64,000 nucleotides of DNA from Octopus sinensis (GCF_006345805.1 NC_043000.1:26040001-26104000); one strand, 5' to 3'; positions 1 through 13,250 are shown, counted from the first letter of the stretch. A program made the numbers and translations. Notes: generated by a model not told the origin, from the letters alone.

Positions 1-123
1 GGCACCAGGTTAGTGCTCAGACAGTCTGAATTCTTAAAAATCCAGCTTCTCAACCAGAGTAAGGTTCTTCAAAGCTGAAGAGTTGGTGCAAAGAAAGCCT
101 GAGCAAATGATAGATAATAAAGA

Positions 124-560
124 GAGATGAACAAATGATCATAGATGTATGGAATATAGTTACAGGAGTTGTGGCATAATATTGTATGATACAATCAGAT
201 CTTTACAGTTGTTTCGATGCATCTTGTGAATAGTGGATATTATTATGCATATTATGCAGTTAGGTATAAACATTATAAGACAATATTATTCAAAAGCAAA
301 TATAATGCCAATATGCAAGAGCTATGCTATATAAATACCTTCATGCGTCAAACACAGTGCATCGTCTTCAGAAGGTGTGTGAAATACCATAAGTGCTTTT
401 GAATAACGCCTTTTAATGCTTATGGCTAATCAAATAATATGCATCATGATATCCACTATTGACAGAGTTCCTCAAAACAGCTGTAAAGATCTGATTATAT
501 CATGTAATATTATGTAGCATCTCATGTAACCATATTCTATATATCTATGATTGTTCATCT
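124..560. repeat. Old imperfect foldback/MITE-like inverted repeat (arms about 175 bp)
   Basis: 124-300 (agatgaacaaatgatcatagatgtatgg...atcagatctttacagttg...aatagtggatat...ttattcaaaagc) is the degenerate reverse complement of 390-560 (gcttttgaataa...atatccactatt...cagctgtaaagatctgat...atctatgattgttcatct). Confidence 0.7.
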
Positions 561-1411
561 TTCTTTATTACACATACATCATAAATAAATATATATATGT
601 ATATAAAATATATATCATTTTATGCACACACACATACACACGCATATGGGCGCTATTCCAAATCATGTGGTTATGTCCCTTGAAATATTGTCTATGAATA
701 TATATTCTGCTGAATAACATTTTCTGTTTCTTTTCCTCGTAAAGGAAGTGGGAGTTTGGTAAATGGTATATTTATGTGTACACACACACACGTCTAATTT
801 AGAGAGTGTTTCATAATGAGAACACCCCCACTTTACTTCAAGCAAAAATTCCTGAACAGTTTTAGATATGGGTTGAGGGTGGGGGGCAGTTGCAGAACTG
901 GAACAAGGGCAGACTACTCTGGGCAATGCATTTATTGGGGTGGCACTTTTGCTGTATAAGTTTGTGTAGGGTGTATTGGCTGAGTGGGGATGGGGAAAGG
1001 AGAGGGGGTGGTGCAAACTCAAAGGGCTGCTCAGGGTGGCACATACCCTTTTAGCTATGCTGCTGAAGTGGGTTCAATAAGTGAAAATAAAATATATCAA
1101 TGGCTCACCCTCAGACTTGCCGTACCCAAAATGGTCTCTCTTCACTCATTGTTATTGATTAAGGGGCAGGAGAACCAAAATAATAATAATAATAATAATA
1201 ATTATTATTATTATTGCCTAAGGAAATAAAATATTTTAAAGGGAATAATGAATATGTAAATAAGATAAAGTGGCATGTTTTTGAATTAGTGTTGAATAAT
1301 CTTTCATTTTAAGTTATAAAGCTAAAAGAAAACTAAGAAAAAAAATATACACCAGACCTCCTTCTCCATTCCAAATAAAGTGTAAAAATATTTCAAATGA
1401 AATCATACTTA

Positions 1412-1457
<46 letters not shown>

Positions 1458-1523
1458 TTACAGTTGCTGTCAAGTTATTCAAGCATGTTGTATTGGTCAT
1501 GTGCTCTGAACATTCTTCTTGTT

Positions 1524-1576
<53 letters not shown>

Positions 1577-1583
1577 TATAAAT

Positions 1584-1797
1584 AAAATTATAAATTAGGG
1601 TATCTACAAGATACCACCATGCTGAAAATAGCAGCCATGATCTGACTTTAAAACCACCTAAATTGTCCATAGATCAACACGGAGAGAAAACAAAGAGACA
1701 AGATGGATATATGGACAATTTAGGTGGTTTTAAAGTCAGATCATGGCTGCTATTTTCAGCATGGTGGTATCTCGTAGATATCCTAATTTATAATTTT
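1584..1797. repeat. Near-perfect inverted repeat (about 89-bp arms, about 38-bp spacer), MITE or inverted duplication
   Basis: aaaattataaattagggtatctacaagataccaccatgctgaaaatagcagccatgatctgactttaaaaccacctaaattgtccata pairs with tatggacaatttaggtggttttaaagtcagatcatggctgctattttcagcatggtggtatctcgtagatatcctaatttataatttt. Confidence 0.9.
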
Positions 1798-2543
1798 AAT
1801 AATTATTACCTTTGAAGGTTATTTTTTCCATGCTGACCACTTGATAAAATCGTTATTTTATTTTTAAATTAACGATCTTATCCTTATTTATATAAATATA
1901 TATATATATATATAGGTTTGTGTGTGTGTGGGTATATATCTATAATTATATATACACACATACATGTACCATTATACCAAATATCATAATTTCTTTTGAC
2001 ATTAAGTTACATTTTATGGCATTTTCAGTACAAGCGCTGGTAAAACTTGATTGTGTGGTTCTGAAATTAAAATAACCATAAAGGTGCAACAAATAACAGG
2101 TGCAAACAATTTGTTTCTCACGCCGAACAATGTTGAATGACGACTTATATACACCTGCACATAATATTGTTCTTTGGTAGCATCATTTTGTCAATTAAAG
2201 ACTCATGCACTGATATTTTATATATATATACACACACACATATATATCTATCTATATGTGTAAATATATATATATTATATCTCTATCTATCTTTAATGTA
2301 TATATACATTATATATATCTCTATCTATCTAAAATATATAAATATATTATATTATATATATCTCTATCTATAATACACACACACACGCATATAGAGATGG
2401 GTGTGGCTGTCTGGATAAGGAATTTGCTTTCCAACCACATGGTTTCCGATTCAGTCCTACTGTATGGTGCCTTGGGCAAGTGTCTTCTCTTTTACCCCAG
2501 ACTGACTAAACCCTTGTGATTATGTTTTGATATGTACATATAC

Positions 2544-2695
2544 GTGTCTTGGAAAACTTTTCCTTTGTTAACTCTCCATAACAAAGTAGCCAAAATTGCT
2601 CTAAACACTGTCTCAAAGTCTCTAAACACAGTCTGTTCTTGTAGTGATGAATAAAAGTTACCCCTTGGCTCAGTTTTTTGTTTGAAGATATGAAA
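2544..2695 (-). other. Candidate internal exon of an unidentified minus-strand transcript
   Basis: Strong acceptor (tctctctctcttgctctgtttatgttttacag) and a GT donor (gtatat). Two frames are open across it (FHIFKQKTEPRGNFYSSLQEQ... and FISSNKKLSQGVTFIHHYKNRLCLETLRQ...). Product not recognised. Confidence 0.35.
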
Positions 2696-2934
2696 CTGTA
2701 AAACATAAACAGAGCAAGAGAGAGAGAACTGTTTAGTGACAATTTTGTTCAATAGGCAGCTTATACAATGCTTACTCTATCTGCTGAAAATAGCAGCCAA
2801 GTTTCTCACAAATCACAAACTGCTGATTTAAATGAATGCTATAAAGAACTTCTTAGTTCTTTGAAAGTCCAGGACAGCCACATTTTGTTGGCAAATAGTT
2901 TTTACTTTAAAGTCTTTCCATTTTAGTTTTGTTT

Positions 2935-2968
2935 ATAAATATGTGTGTGTATGTGTGCGTGTGCGCGC

Positions 2969-3007
<39 letters not shown>

Positions 3008-3733
3008 GTATGTATGTATATATATGTAGTATGTATGTATATATATGTAGTATGTATGTATATATATGTAGTATGTATGTATATATATGTAGTATGTATG
3101 TATATATATATGTGTGTATGTATATGTATGTAGTGTGTATATGTATGTATATGGTATGTATGTGTATCTGTATGTAGTACGTATGAATATATATGTATAT
3201 GTATGTATGTATGAATATATATGTGTATGTATGTTTGTATATATATATGTGTATATATGTATGTATATGTATGTGTATATATATGTATGTGTATATATAT
3301 GTATGTGTATATATATGTATGTATATATGTATGTGTATATATATGTATGTATGTATATATGTATGTGTATATATATGTATGTATGTATATATGTATGTGT
3401 ATATGTATGTATGTGTATATGTATGTATATATGTATGTGTATATATATATGTATGTATGTATATATATGTGTATATATATGTATGTATGTATATATATAT
3501 GTGTATATATATGTATGTATGTATATATATATGTGTATATATATGTATGTGTGTATATATATATATGTGTATATATATGTATGTATGTATGTATATATAT
3601 ATGTGTATATATATGTATGTATGTATATATATATATGTGTATATATATGTATGTATGTATATATATATGTGTATATATATGTATGTATGTATATATATAT
3701 ATGTGTATATATATGTGTGTGTATGTATATATG

Positions 3734-3770
<37 letters not shown>
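2935..3770. repeat. Compound (TA)n/(TATG)n/(TG)n microsatellite
   Basis: About 830 bp of interleaved TA, GTAT and GT units; it accounts for the long YI/HT/VC ORFs in the track. Confidence 0.95.
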
Positions 3771-3772
<2 letters not shown>

Positions 3773-3870
3773 CTTTTCAGTTCTACATACATACAATATG
3801 GAGCTACAGATTAGGAGGAGGAGGTAGAGCAACTTCAGAAATGGTTGTGAGATCCAATCCTTGACCACGG

Positions 3871-3903
<33 letters not shown>

Positions 3904-3939
3904 TATATATGAATATATAAGGTGCATGGGTATGTATAG

Positions 3940-3976
<37 letters not shown>

Positions 3977-5714
3977 GTACGTGTGTGCATCTATCTTTAT
4001 GATAAATGAACACCAGAAAAATGCCCAGAAGGTGGAGTTTTGTTGATAATTTCAATGGACTTTGTGGTCTCTTATATTTGCTATGAATACCCCTGCAGCT
4101 GGAAAGTTACCGTCCAAGGTGCAGGTCAGAGCAAGATCCCCCTCCCCCACCATTTAAGACTAGCTGTTGCAAATGCATGCAAACCTTCACTTGCTGTGCC
4201 AGCAAGGTTTCCCAAGGGAAAATACAGTATGTATATTGTCTCCGAGGTTGCTGGAACAGATTCCGTATCTGATGCTCTACCAGTTCTGCCAATATATTGC
4301 CTTGGAATGGTATTTTGTTTATCATCCCTGAAAAAATAAAATGGAAAAGTGGAGTTGACTTTAGTGGGATTTGAACTTGGGGATTCAAGATAGATACTAC
4401 AAGGCATTCCTGTCCTATGTTCTACTGACTCTTGAACAAATTTACCACTTTTTGCCACCTTATAGTTTGAAGTACACACCTATACACAGTTCTTGATGTT
4501 TAACTCTTCTTTGTTATAGGTAGTCTGTTGATAGTCAAAGAATGGTTATGAGACGGTTTGGCACAGCTGTTTTGGTGCTGCCATTTTAAAACTGCTGATT
4601 CAACGCTGACTTATTTGTCATCAGATACAGCTAATATTTTCCCTATTCTTTCCCTTACCCCTCCTCCTCTCTCTGAATAAGTGTGTAAGTATGTTTCTCT
4701 TTATGTGTCTGAAGAGAAGAAAAATATTTACATCAGTTGTGTTCAATTAATAAATTGCAATGTCCCCCCTCTCTCTCCTACTCTCTCCCTATCTGTATGT
4801 GTATATTTCTGTGTGCGTGTGCATATGTGTATGAGTTTGCTACCAACACTCAAAACGTACTGTCATCAAAACAGACTGAATATCCAGTTAGCCATGCCAA
4901 ATTGTCAGCGCCCAACAGCTGTGCCCAAATATCTCAATCCCTCAAGCAATGACTTGTGAGTTGTAGCCCTCATCATTGTTATATCTACTTTCCTTGTTGG
5001 CATGGATTGGAGAGGGCATCACAATCTGAACTGATTCTTATTCAGAGTTCTGGCCCTCCTAGATGAGTCAGGATCCACACATCACTCGTATGTTTCATTT
5101 TTCTCACAGATTCTGTAGTTAGATGCCCTTTCTTATTGCCAACCACTTCACTATACTAACAGTAGTATCAGACATAAAACAACCACCTCTGCATTCTGTT
5201 CCCAATTGCTGTGGCTTAGGTGCAAGTGTCACCCTCCAGTTTCCTCATGTTACGTTTAGCTTCATCTCTGCACCAAAATTTACTCAGACTTCTTGCATCA
5301 CCAGACAAACTAAGAACAGGGTAATTATCTTAAGAAACCTTCTATTTGATAGTTATGTCCACGCTGGTGTAAGTTCCATTGCATCACTAAATACTGCTTT
5401 GCAGGTATGGTTGTGAGGTGTGGTTAAGAAGTTCATAGGCACTGGTTTCACTTCTCAACCCCATATATGTGTGTGGGGGTTAGTTTTTTTATTCTCTCTC
5501 ATTTTCAAATGTATTTATTGCTTGTTAACTGTGTTGGTGTTGGCTGCTTTCAGTCTACTATGAAAGCATGGCTGGGATTCTTGACATGACTTGACATATT
5601 GTGAGATTTTTGTCAAGAAAAGACCCATTCAAACAGTTTTGTTTGTTTCTGGTTCGCCACTTCACTTGTTTCCAAGTATAGAAATAATCTCTCAAGGAAT
5701 CAAACAGAAACAGC

Positions 5715-6125
5715 TCAGGCACAAGTGTGGCTGTGTGGTAAGAAGCTTGCTTCCCAACCACATGGTTCCAGGTTCAGTCCCACTATGTGGCACCTTGGGC
5801 AAGTGTCTTCTACTATAGCCTTGAGCTGACCAAAGCCTTGTGAGTGGATTTGGTAGATGGAAACTGAAAGAAACCTGTCGTGTATATGGAAAGCGGATGT
5901 TAAACGATGATGATGATGATGATGATATATATATATATTGTGTCTGTTTGTCCCCTTGCCATCACTTGACAACCAATGTTGGTATGTTTATGTCCCTGAA
6001 ACTTAGCAGTTCAGCAAAAGAGACTGATAGAATAAGTACTAGACTTGAAAAGAATAAATCCTGGGGTCAATTTCTTTGACTAAAGGTGGTGCTCCAGCAT
6101 GGCTGCAGTCAAATGACTAAAACAA
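5715..6125 (+). mobile_element. tRNA-derived CORE-type SINE (family B), near full length
   Basis: tRNA-like head gtggctgtgtggtaagaag...ggttcagtccc, CORE-like accttgggcaagt, and tail ctccagcatggctgcagtcaaatgact. Further copies at about 2395, 14900-15740(-), 17500-17900(-), 24430-24850(-), 31590(-), 40670-41000(-), 50480-50850 and 57720(-). Confidence 0.85.
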
Positions 6126-6400
6126 AAGAATAAAAGGAAAAGGATATGGTTGGCATTAGGAAGAGCATCTGGCATAGAAAACTTTGCCCCAACATATTCT
6201 CATCTGACCTCAGCCAGTATGGAAAAGTAGTTGTTGCAATGATACTGATATGCTAATATCAAACAATGATAATGAGTTCTCCAAACATGGGGATGTTGGT
6301 ATGAGCACCAATGTTCCCCATGTGGTATACTTCAACAATTGTAAAGAATCTCTTACATAAAACCATTGGTAGCTTTGTTAACCCACAAATATAGTCTCTG

Positions 6401-6432
<32 letters not shown>

Positions 6433-6722
6433 AGATCCAAGGATTGAGGCATAGGAAGAAAGTTAGCCTCAAGCAATCTGTAGTAAATATTAAAAACAAC
6501 TTTCAGGGACAATATTGGTTTATTGAGACGGAAGGTTGTGGATATTTTTTGTATCAAAGTACTATAAACTGAAAAAAGTTGATTTTATATTTCACAGTAG
6601 ACGACCAGGGTTGCTGGGTGTGCAAATAAGAATACAAGAGTTAAGGAATGGAGTAGATAAGATATGGGCTATATATATATATATATATATATATATTCCC
6701 CTCTATTTAACCATCTCACATC

Positions 6723-6770
6723 GTCTCTGATGAAGGGATGTCCCTAATATACCAGAAACAGCTGTAAGAC
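6723..6770 (+). ncRNA. Minimal type-I hammerhead ribozyme-like motif in a repeat
   Basis: gtct-CTGATGA-a-gg...cc-a-GAAA-cagctg-TA-agac: core boxes, palindromic stem III (ACAGCTGT), stem I gtct/agac. A degenerate copy lies at about 15178-15225 (-). Confidence 0.55.
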
Positions 6771-6835
6771 TGACTTTCTCTTTATAAAAGTCCTGAAAAT
6801 TCCACACAGCCTTGGCTTTGTTGGCTCCTTTTTTA

Positions 6836-6878
<43 letters not shown>

Positions 6879-7220
6879 GCACTTTTTTGATGGCCGGATA
6901 ACTGAAAAGATGGCGGCGTGGGTTTCCACCCCCAACATACGAAACTCGGAGTTTTATCATGGCTACCGAATAATTGTCACATAATATATTTACAGATATA
7001 TATGTATATGAATATATATATATATATATATATTCATTCTTAGAAGCGACAAAGTTTCAAGAAACATAATCGGGCCCACTTTGAATGAAGAACTCCAAGG
7101 TAGAGCTTGGAGTGTCAAAAGTTTAATTTAAAACCAAGTGTCCAACAAAATATAATTTGTTTAGCCTAAAAGTCTTGTCATACACACAGTCATACAGTTA
7201 TGTTCCAATACACATGCATG

Positions 7221-7288
<68 letters not shown>

Positions 7289-7918
7289 ATGCATGCACAC
7301 AATTGCTTTTGAATAAATGTGTCTACACATACACATACGCACTCAAACATGCATACATATACAAACATATACAATTGCTTTAGAACGTGGGTGTATGTAT
7401 ATACACTGATACACACACGTTCAATAGTATTGTTAAATGAAACATTATCATCACACAGTGAGTGAGTCCTTTGCTTGTTAAGTGAAGCCATATATATATA
7501 TATATATATGTTAAGATCCATATACATTTTCATAAAAGCAATGAATCTCTGTGTCACCAACAGATGGACTTAAACAAGGGAAGTAATCAGGTTAGCCAGT
7601 TACTTACAAATACCAACATTTATGTTATGTTATGAAATGAAAAATAGTTTGTGTGCAGACAGGAGAGGTTCAAATAGACTTGTCATTAAAAAAAAATTTT
7701 TTTTTAAATTTTTCAAGGAAAGGTCCTGCCCCAAATGTCAGAACTAGCCTTTCCTAACCACAAATGAACTTTGTCTTAATTACACGTTATATTCATCATT
7801 TATTTTCTGGTACAAACATCATTAATTTTGTCAGACTCTGTGTTTTTTTGTTTTTGTTTTTAATTTGTTTTGTGTTACTGATGTCACATATAAACCCCTA
7901 GACCAGGAATAATAATAA

Positions 7919-8033
7919 TAGGGTCAAAATTAAAAGAGTGCCAATGTCATCTAGTGAACGATATTTCGACATCTTGTGTGTCTTCAACAGGTCACTAGAT
8001 GACAATGGCACTCTTCTTTTAATTTTGACTCTA
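7919..8033 (-). repeat. Hairpin element (about 38-bp arms) with a hammerhead-like core in its loop
   Basis: Arms tagggtcaaaattaaaagagtgccaatgtcatctagtga / tcactagatgacaatggcactcttcttttaattttgactcta. The loop on the - strand reads gtgac-CTGTTGA-a-GACA-cacaaga-TGTC-GAAA-ta-TC-gttcac. Confidence 0.65.
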
Positions 8034-8059
8034 TATCTTCTGGAGGAGTTACCTCAATC

Positions 8060-10750
8060 CTTTATATAACAATAATAATAATAATAATGTTAAGGGGATG
8101 AGCTGGTGCAATCGTCAGTGTTTCAGACAAAATGCTTAGTTGCATTCCTTCTGCCTCTTTATGTTTGTAGTTCAATTGCCACTGAGATTGAATTTGCCTT
8201 CCATGCTTTTGGGGTTGATGAAAGAAGTACCAGTTGAATACTGGGGTGGGGGAGCAATGTAATTGACTTGACCCCACTCCAAAAATTTCAGACCTTCTGC
8301 CTATAGTAGAAAGTATTGTTATTATTATATGTAAAGGCGGCAAGCTGGCAGAAACAGTAGCATGCCGGGCAAAATGAAATGCTTTGCGGTATTTTGTCTG
8401 TCTTTCTGAATTCAAATTCCACCGAGGTCAACTTTGCCTTTCATCCTTTTGGGGTCAATGAATTAAGTACCAGTTGAGTACTGGGGTCGATGTAATCGAC
8501 TATCCCTCTTCTCCAAATTTTAGGACTTGTGCTTACAGTAGAAAGGATTATTATTAAGTCGGTGACAATCTGGCAGAATCGTTAGCACAACAGGCAGAAT
8601 GCTTAGCGGTATTTCATTCTGAGTTCAAATTCTGCCAAGGTCGTCTTTTTAGGGTTGATATACTAAGTACCAGTTGCACACTGGGGTTCATCTAATTGAC
8701 TGGCCCCCTCCCCCAAAATTTAGGGCCTTGTGCCTAGAGTAGAAAAAATTATTATTATTAAAGCAGCAAGCTGGCAGAAACGTTAGCACGCCGGGTGAAA
8801 TGCTTAGTGGTATTTCGTCTGTCTTTACGTTCTGAGTTCAAATTCCGCTGAGGTTGACTTTACCTTTCATCCTTCCGGGGTTGATAAAATAAGTGCCCTT
8901 GTGGCTAAAATTTGAAATCATTATTATTATTATTATTATTATTATTTCAGTCTATTGATTCCTAGGTATCCTATGTGATGGTTTTACTTTGTTTTGTTTT
9001 ACATCAAGAAAACGGAATTCAGATATTTGTGTCATCACTGTTAATTGTGCAACGATAGGGCAATGCAGACGAGTGAGGCAGTTGAAAGTTGAATCGGTGG
9101 AGCAATGGGCAAATGCATTGAAGTTACTCCTCTTTAACATTGATTTCAAGCCCTGCCATAGCAACTTAGCCCTATGTTTGAAGAACAGGAGGGTGGCGAG
9201 GGGGCTTTGTATCTATCTTTTTCCCAATCCTCAGAAGGTTTTTTTTTTATTTCCTTTCTTTTTTTTGTTTGTGCCCAGAAATTATTTATATAGCAGAAAT
9301 GGTAAAGCATCAGACAAAATGCCTTGCAGTATTTCTTCCAGCTCTTACATCCTGGGTTCAAACCCTGCCAAGGTCAGCTTTGCTTTTATCCCTTCATGGT
9401 CAAATAAAATAAAAATAACCAATTTAGTAATGGGGAACAATTTAATTGACTAACTCTTCCTTGTCCCTAAAATTTCTGGTTTTGTGCCTATATTAGAAAG
9501 ATTTCTTATTCTATCTAAGAATAAGGTGACTCGTGTTCTGAGTTCAGATTCTGCTGAGGTCAACTTTGCCTTTCATCCTTCTGGGGTCAGTAAAAATAAG
9601 TACCTGTTGGACACTGGGGTCGATGTAATTGACTGACCCTTCCTCTTACAATTGCTGGCCTTGTGCCAAAATTTTAAATAATTATTTTACCTATGGGTTA
9701 ATTATCTGTAATATTAATTAATCAAGCAATTATCAATTCAATTTGGGAAGCTTAGAACAGGAAACAACCTCCAAGACCTAGTCCATCTTTCCACACATTG
9801 AGACATTGGAAGGGTAATTGTCCTTTCTGTCTTTTGAAGACGGTGTTTTTATTATTTTTGTTGTATATTATATATTTGTTATTTTTGTTATTGAAAAAAT
9901 ATCACCAATTTGTGAATTCATAGAAACAAAGTGACTGTTTATTTTTTATTTTATTTTCATTTCTGAAAAGACAATGAATGAATGTAGTAAAGTAAAAGAC
10001 AAGCGCAACTTTATGGTAATTCTTGTTGTTGTTATTTTTATAGTTGTTGTTGTTGTTGTTGTTATTAAAGGTGGCAAGCTGGCAGAATTGTTAGCATGCC
10101 GGGCAAAATGCTTAGCGGTATTTCGTCTGTTTTTACGTTCTGAGTTCAAATTCTGCCAAGGTCGACTTTGCCTTTCATCCTTTCGGGTTGATTAAATAAG
10201 TACCAGTTACACACTAGGGTCAATGTAATCGACTTAATCCCTTTGTCTGTCCTTGTTTGTCCCATCTATATTTAGCATTTTGTGGCCAATAAAGAAATAA
10301 GAAACGTTAGCACTCGGGGCGAAATGCTTATTGCTTTTTTGTTCTGAGTTCAAATTCCGCCAAGGTCGACTTTGCCTTTCATACATTTGGTGTCGATTAA
10401 ATAAGTACCAGTTACGCACTGAGGTCGATGTAATTGACTTAATCCCTTTGTCTGTCCTTGTTTGTCCCCTCTATGTTTAGCCCCTTGTGGGCAATAAAGA
10501 AATAAGAATTGTTAACACGCTGGATGAAATGCTTAGCAGTATTTTGCCCTTCACTACGTTCTGAGCTGAAATTGCGCTGAGGTTGACTTTACCTTTCATC
10601 CTTTTCGGGGTTGATAAATTAAGTACCAGTTGAGTACCGGGGCCAATGTAATGGATTATCCCTTCTCCAAAATTTGTAGTTGTTGTTATTAAAGGTAGTG
10701 AGCTGGCAGAATTGTTAGCATGCTGGATGAAATGCTAAGTGGTATTTCAA
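8060..10750 (+). mobile_element. Cluster of tRNA-derived SINE (family A) copies
   Basis: Repeated ggcagctggcagaa..gttagc (A box)...gagttcaaattcc (B box)...gaggtcgactttgcctttcatcc...aagtaccag...ctggggtcgatgtaatcgact units at about 8090, 8335, 8560, 8760, 9300, 9530, 10070, 10300, 10510 and 10700. Confidence 0.85.
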
Positions 10751-10756
10751 CCGTTG

Positions 10757-11153
10757 CTCGGGTTTGTTTTGACCCTTTAGAATTGGAATTTTTGAAAAGT
10801 AAAAATTCTGCATTATGTAGCTTGTTATTCTCTTAATTTTGCATTATGTAGCTTGGTATTCTCTTTGAGTGAACATTTTTCTGGTTGAAATTCACCGAAA
10901 AATAGCGACACTGCAGGCAAAAAATCGTAAAAAATAGGGATTTTCATAGAAAAAAAAGCACCTTTTTGATGTAAATAATTTTTGGTGTTAACATAGTTCG
11001 ATTTGAATGTTTTCTTCTATGGAAGGAAGAACAAGCCTTCTTCTATCATACTCTCAATTTTGGTGAACTTGCGCCGCAGGGTCTCGGAGGAGATAGAGTT
11101 AGTTGAAGGCTACAAAACCTGCCATACACAGGCAACTTCAGCTTTATATATAT
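10757..11153 (-). mobile_element. Non-autonomous Helitron-like element, 3'-damaged copy
   Basis: Reverse complement of the 37756-38150 element; 5' end reads atctatatatataaagctgaagttg on the - strand. Confidence 0.75.
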
Positions 11154-11262
11154 AGATTACAGATATATTGATGTATTCAGTTATTATATCCCAATTTGTT
11201 TTTAAGTTCAAATTTAGATTAAGTTTATGTTGAGTTTTGGTTACATATTTAGATATACTTAC

Positions 11263-11278
11263 CTTTGAATCACCCTAT
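11263..11278 (-). other. Candidate 16-nt micro-exon
   Basis: - strand reads gttttatgtaattttag|ATAGGGTGATTCAAAG|gtaagt, a consensus acceptor and donor. Only one frame is open (xAT AGG GTG ATT CAA AG). Confidence 0.3.
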
Positions 11279-12699
11279 CTAAAATTACATAAAACATTAC
11301 AAAGAGGGATACATTGTTGTATTTAGTTACTATATTCCAGTTTGTTTTGAGTTCAAATCATTCTGGTGTTAAAATAATTATCGGTGAAATAGCAAGTCAG
11401 TAAAATCAATTACAATTTCTCTCATAATGTGTGGCACTGTGCCAAGGTTAGGAAATATCATTAATATTTTTGTTTCATACTACAATAAACAAATATATAT
11501 GTGTATTAGTGAGAGTAGTTAAATTCTGTATAATGGTATTGATTTCCTTTGACTGTGTGCACTATTTAGGAAGAGTCAGTTATAGAATTGACTTCACTCA
11601 TTTGTAAGAATTTCATCAACTCTGGGAACCGTGTGTGTGAAGGTTTGCAATCAGAATGCCAAGGTACTGAATAATTAATATAAAGTGTCCAAACTTGAGG
11701 TGTAATTCCTGTATATCATTTGGATGCCAGGTAATTCTAGTTTGGTGATTTTAAAGTGACGAAATCAATTCTTCTTCTGATGATGATTGCTTACATTGGT
11801 GTAAAAGTGGATATTTACAAGGGAGAGCTTATATCCCTGTATATTAATGGTACTTGTTTCATCTACCCTGTGAAGGTGTATGGCCCATTGGTTAGAATGT
11901 TGCACTTAGGATCCAGCAATCGTGGGTTTGATTCTTTGGCCGAGCAGTGCACTGTGTTGTTGGGTAAAAAAAAAATTATTTTGCATTGCCCCAGTCCACT
12001 CAGCTGTAAATGGGTACACCCTGTGATGGTCAAGCCTTCTGAACAGGTCAGGGAATGACATTGACCTGTTTGCCTAGACACTGGGGAGGCCTCATTTGAA
12101 AGCTAAAATGATGCAAAGTGCATCATGGCTAGCGGGGTATAACATCATCCAATAATCTGGTCAATTAAGTGAGTGAATCTGCCCTGGTAGGACTTGAACT
12201 CAATTTAAAAGCATGTACTTAAAGTATCACTAATCATGTAACCTGGCACTCCGCTGCCATTGATAGGCCATTACTCTTATGATGATGATGGTGGTGATGA
12301 TGATGATTTCTCTCCATGATTCAATAATAGTCATTATTTTCGATTCTAAATTCAGCAATGATTTAATCCTGTATACACAACTGAAGTAATTTAATAATGG
12401 CTCACTTACATATACTGTTTATTTATTCAGCTGGGCAGCTATTTGCAACATCAGTGAATGTTTTATTAATTGTTTCTTATATTGGACACAGAAAATTCTC
12501 ATCTCAACATGTGACCAGATGTGAGTATGTGTCACTAAAAAGGCTCAAAACAGCCGAAATTTATTTGGTAATCTCACTGGTTGCTGTTGGAGTGAATTTT
12601 TGTCTTCCTCCAATATTTACCAGGTTGAGTCAAAAGATTTTTATACTTCAAGCATTAATTGTTAAACAAATTACATTCATAAAGCATTTATTCATCAAA

Positions 12700-13250
12700 A
12701 TATATGCCACCACATTCTGTTGTCAGTCGCCATCATTGTGTCAGAATCCCAGGTCCATGCTAATACCAGATGGCTGGTTTAGAGACAATAAAACCCCTTG
12801 CTCCCTTTTCAACCTCATTCAAGTTGTCGAACCTCTGTCTGTGCAGGAAATGAGCCATTGCTCAGAAAAGATGGTAATTCCATGGTGCAATGTCTGGACA
12901 GGGTGAGGTAGCACTTTCAGCCCTTCAAGTCCCTGAAGTTTGTGCTTGGTCCCATTGTCAGGGTGTGCTGGGGCATTGTCATGCTGTAGCAGTGTATGCC
13001 TTTGATTGAATAATGCCAAGTAATGGATTTTCAAAGCATCAAAGGTTAGCTCTTACAGTATGATCATTTGGGACAAACTCAAAGTGCAACACTCCACTTT
13101 GAAATTCCAGTAAACACACAATATGGCATTTTATTCAAACCACCCTTCCTTGTTTGACAAAAGGTTCTTTGGGTTGATTGTAATGAATCAGTGATTTCTC
13201 TTATTAGGATTATGAAAACAGATTAATTTTTCATCCAGTTGTAAAAGTCA
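12700..13250 (-). mobile_element. Degenerate mariner transposase remnant
   Basis: Translation LLQHDNAPAHP...LKVLPHP matches the mariner catalytic-domain motif HDNAPAH...VLPHPPYSPDL; interrupted. Confidence 0.75.

Noticed and set aside
2923-3868. Long ORFs (up to 311 aa) on both strands
   Set aside because: Translations of (TA)/(TATG)/(TG) microsatellites; the same applies to ORFs at 26.7-27.2, 31.1-32.7, 33.7-35.9 and 49.9-50.1 kb.
5123-5416. 97-aa ORF ending at a gtatgg donor, chainable with 11741-11849 and 12431-12520
   Set aside because: No recognisable domain, weak sites, and such chains arise easily in AT-rich DNA; mentioned only as an alternative.
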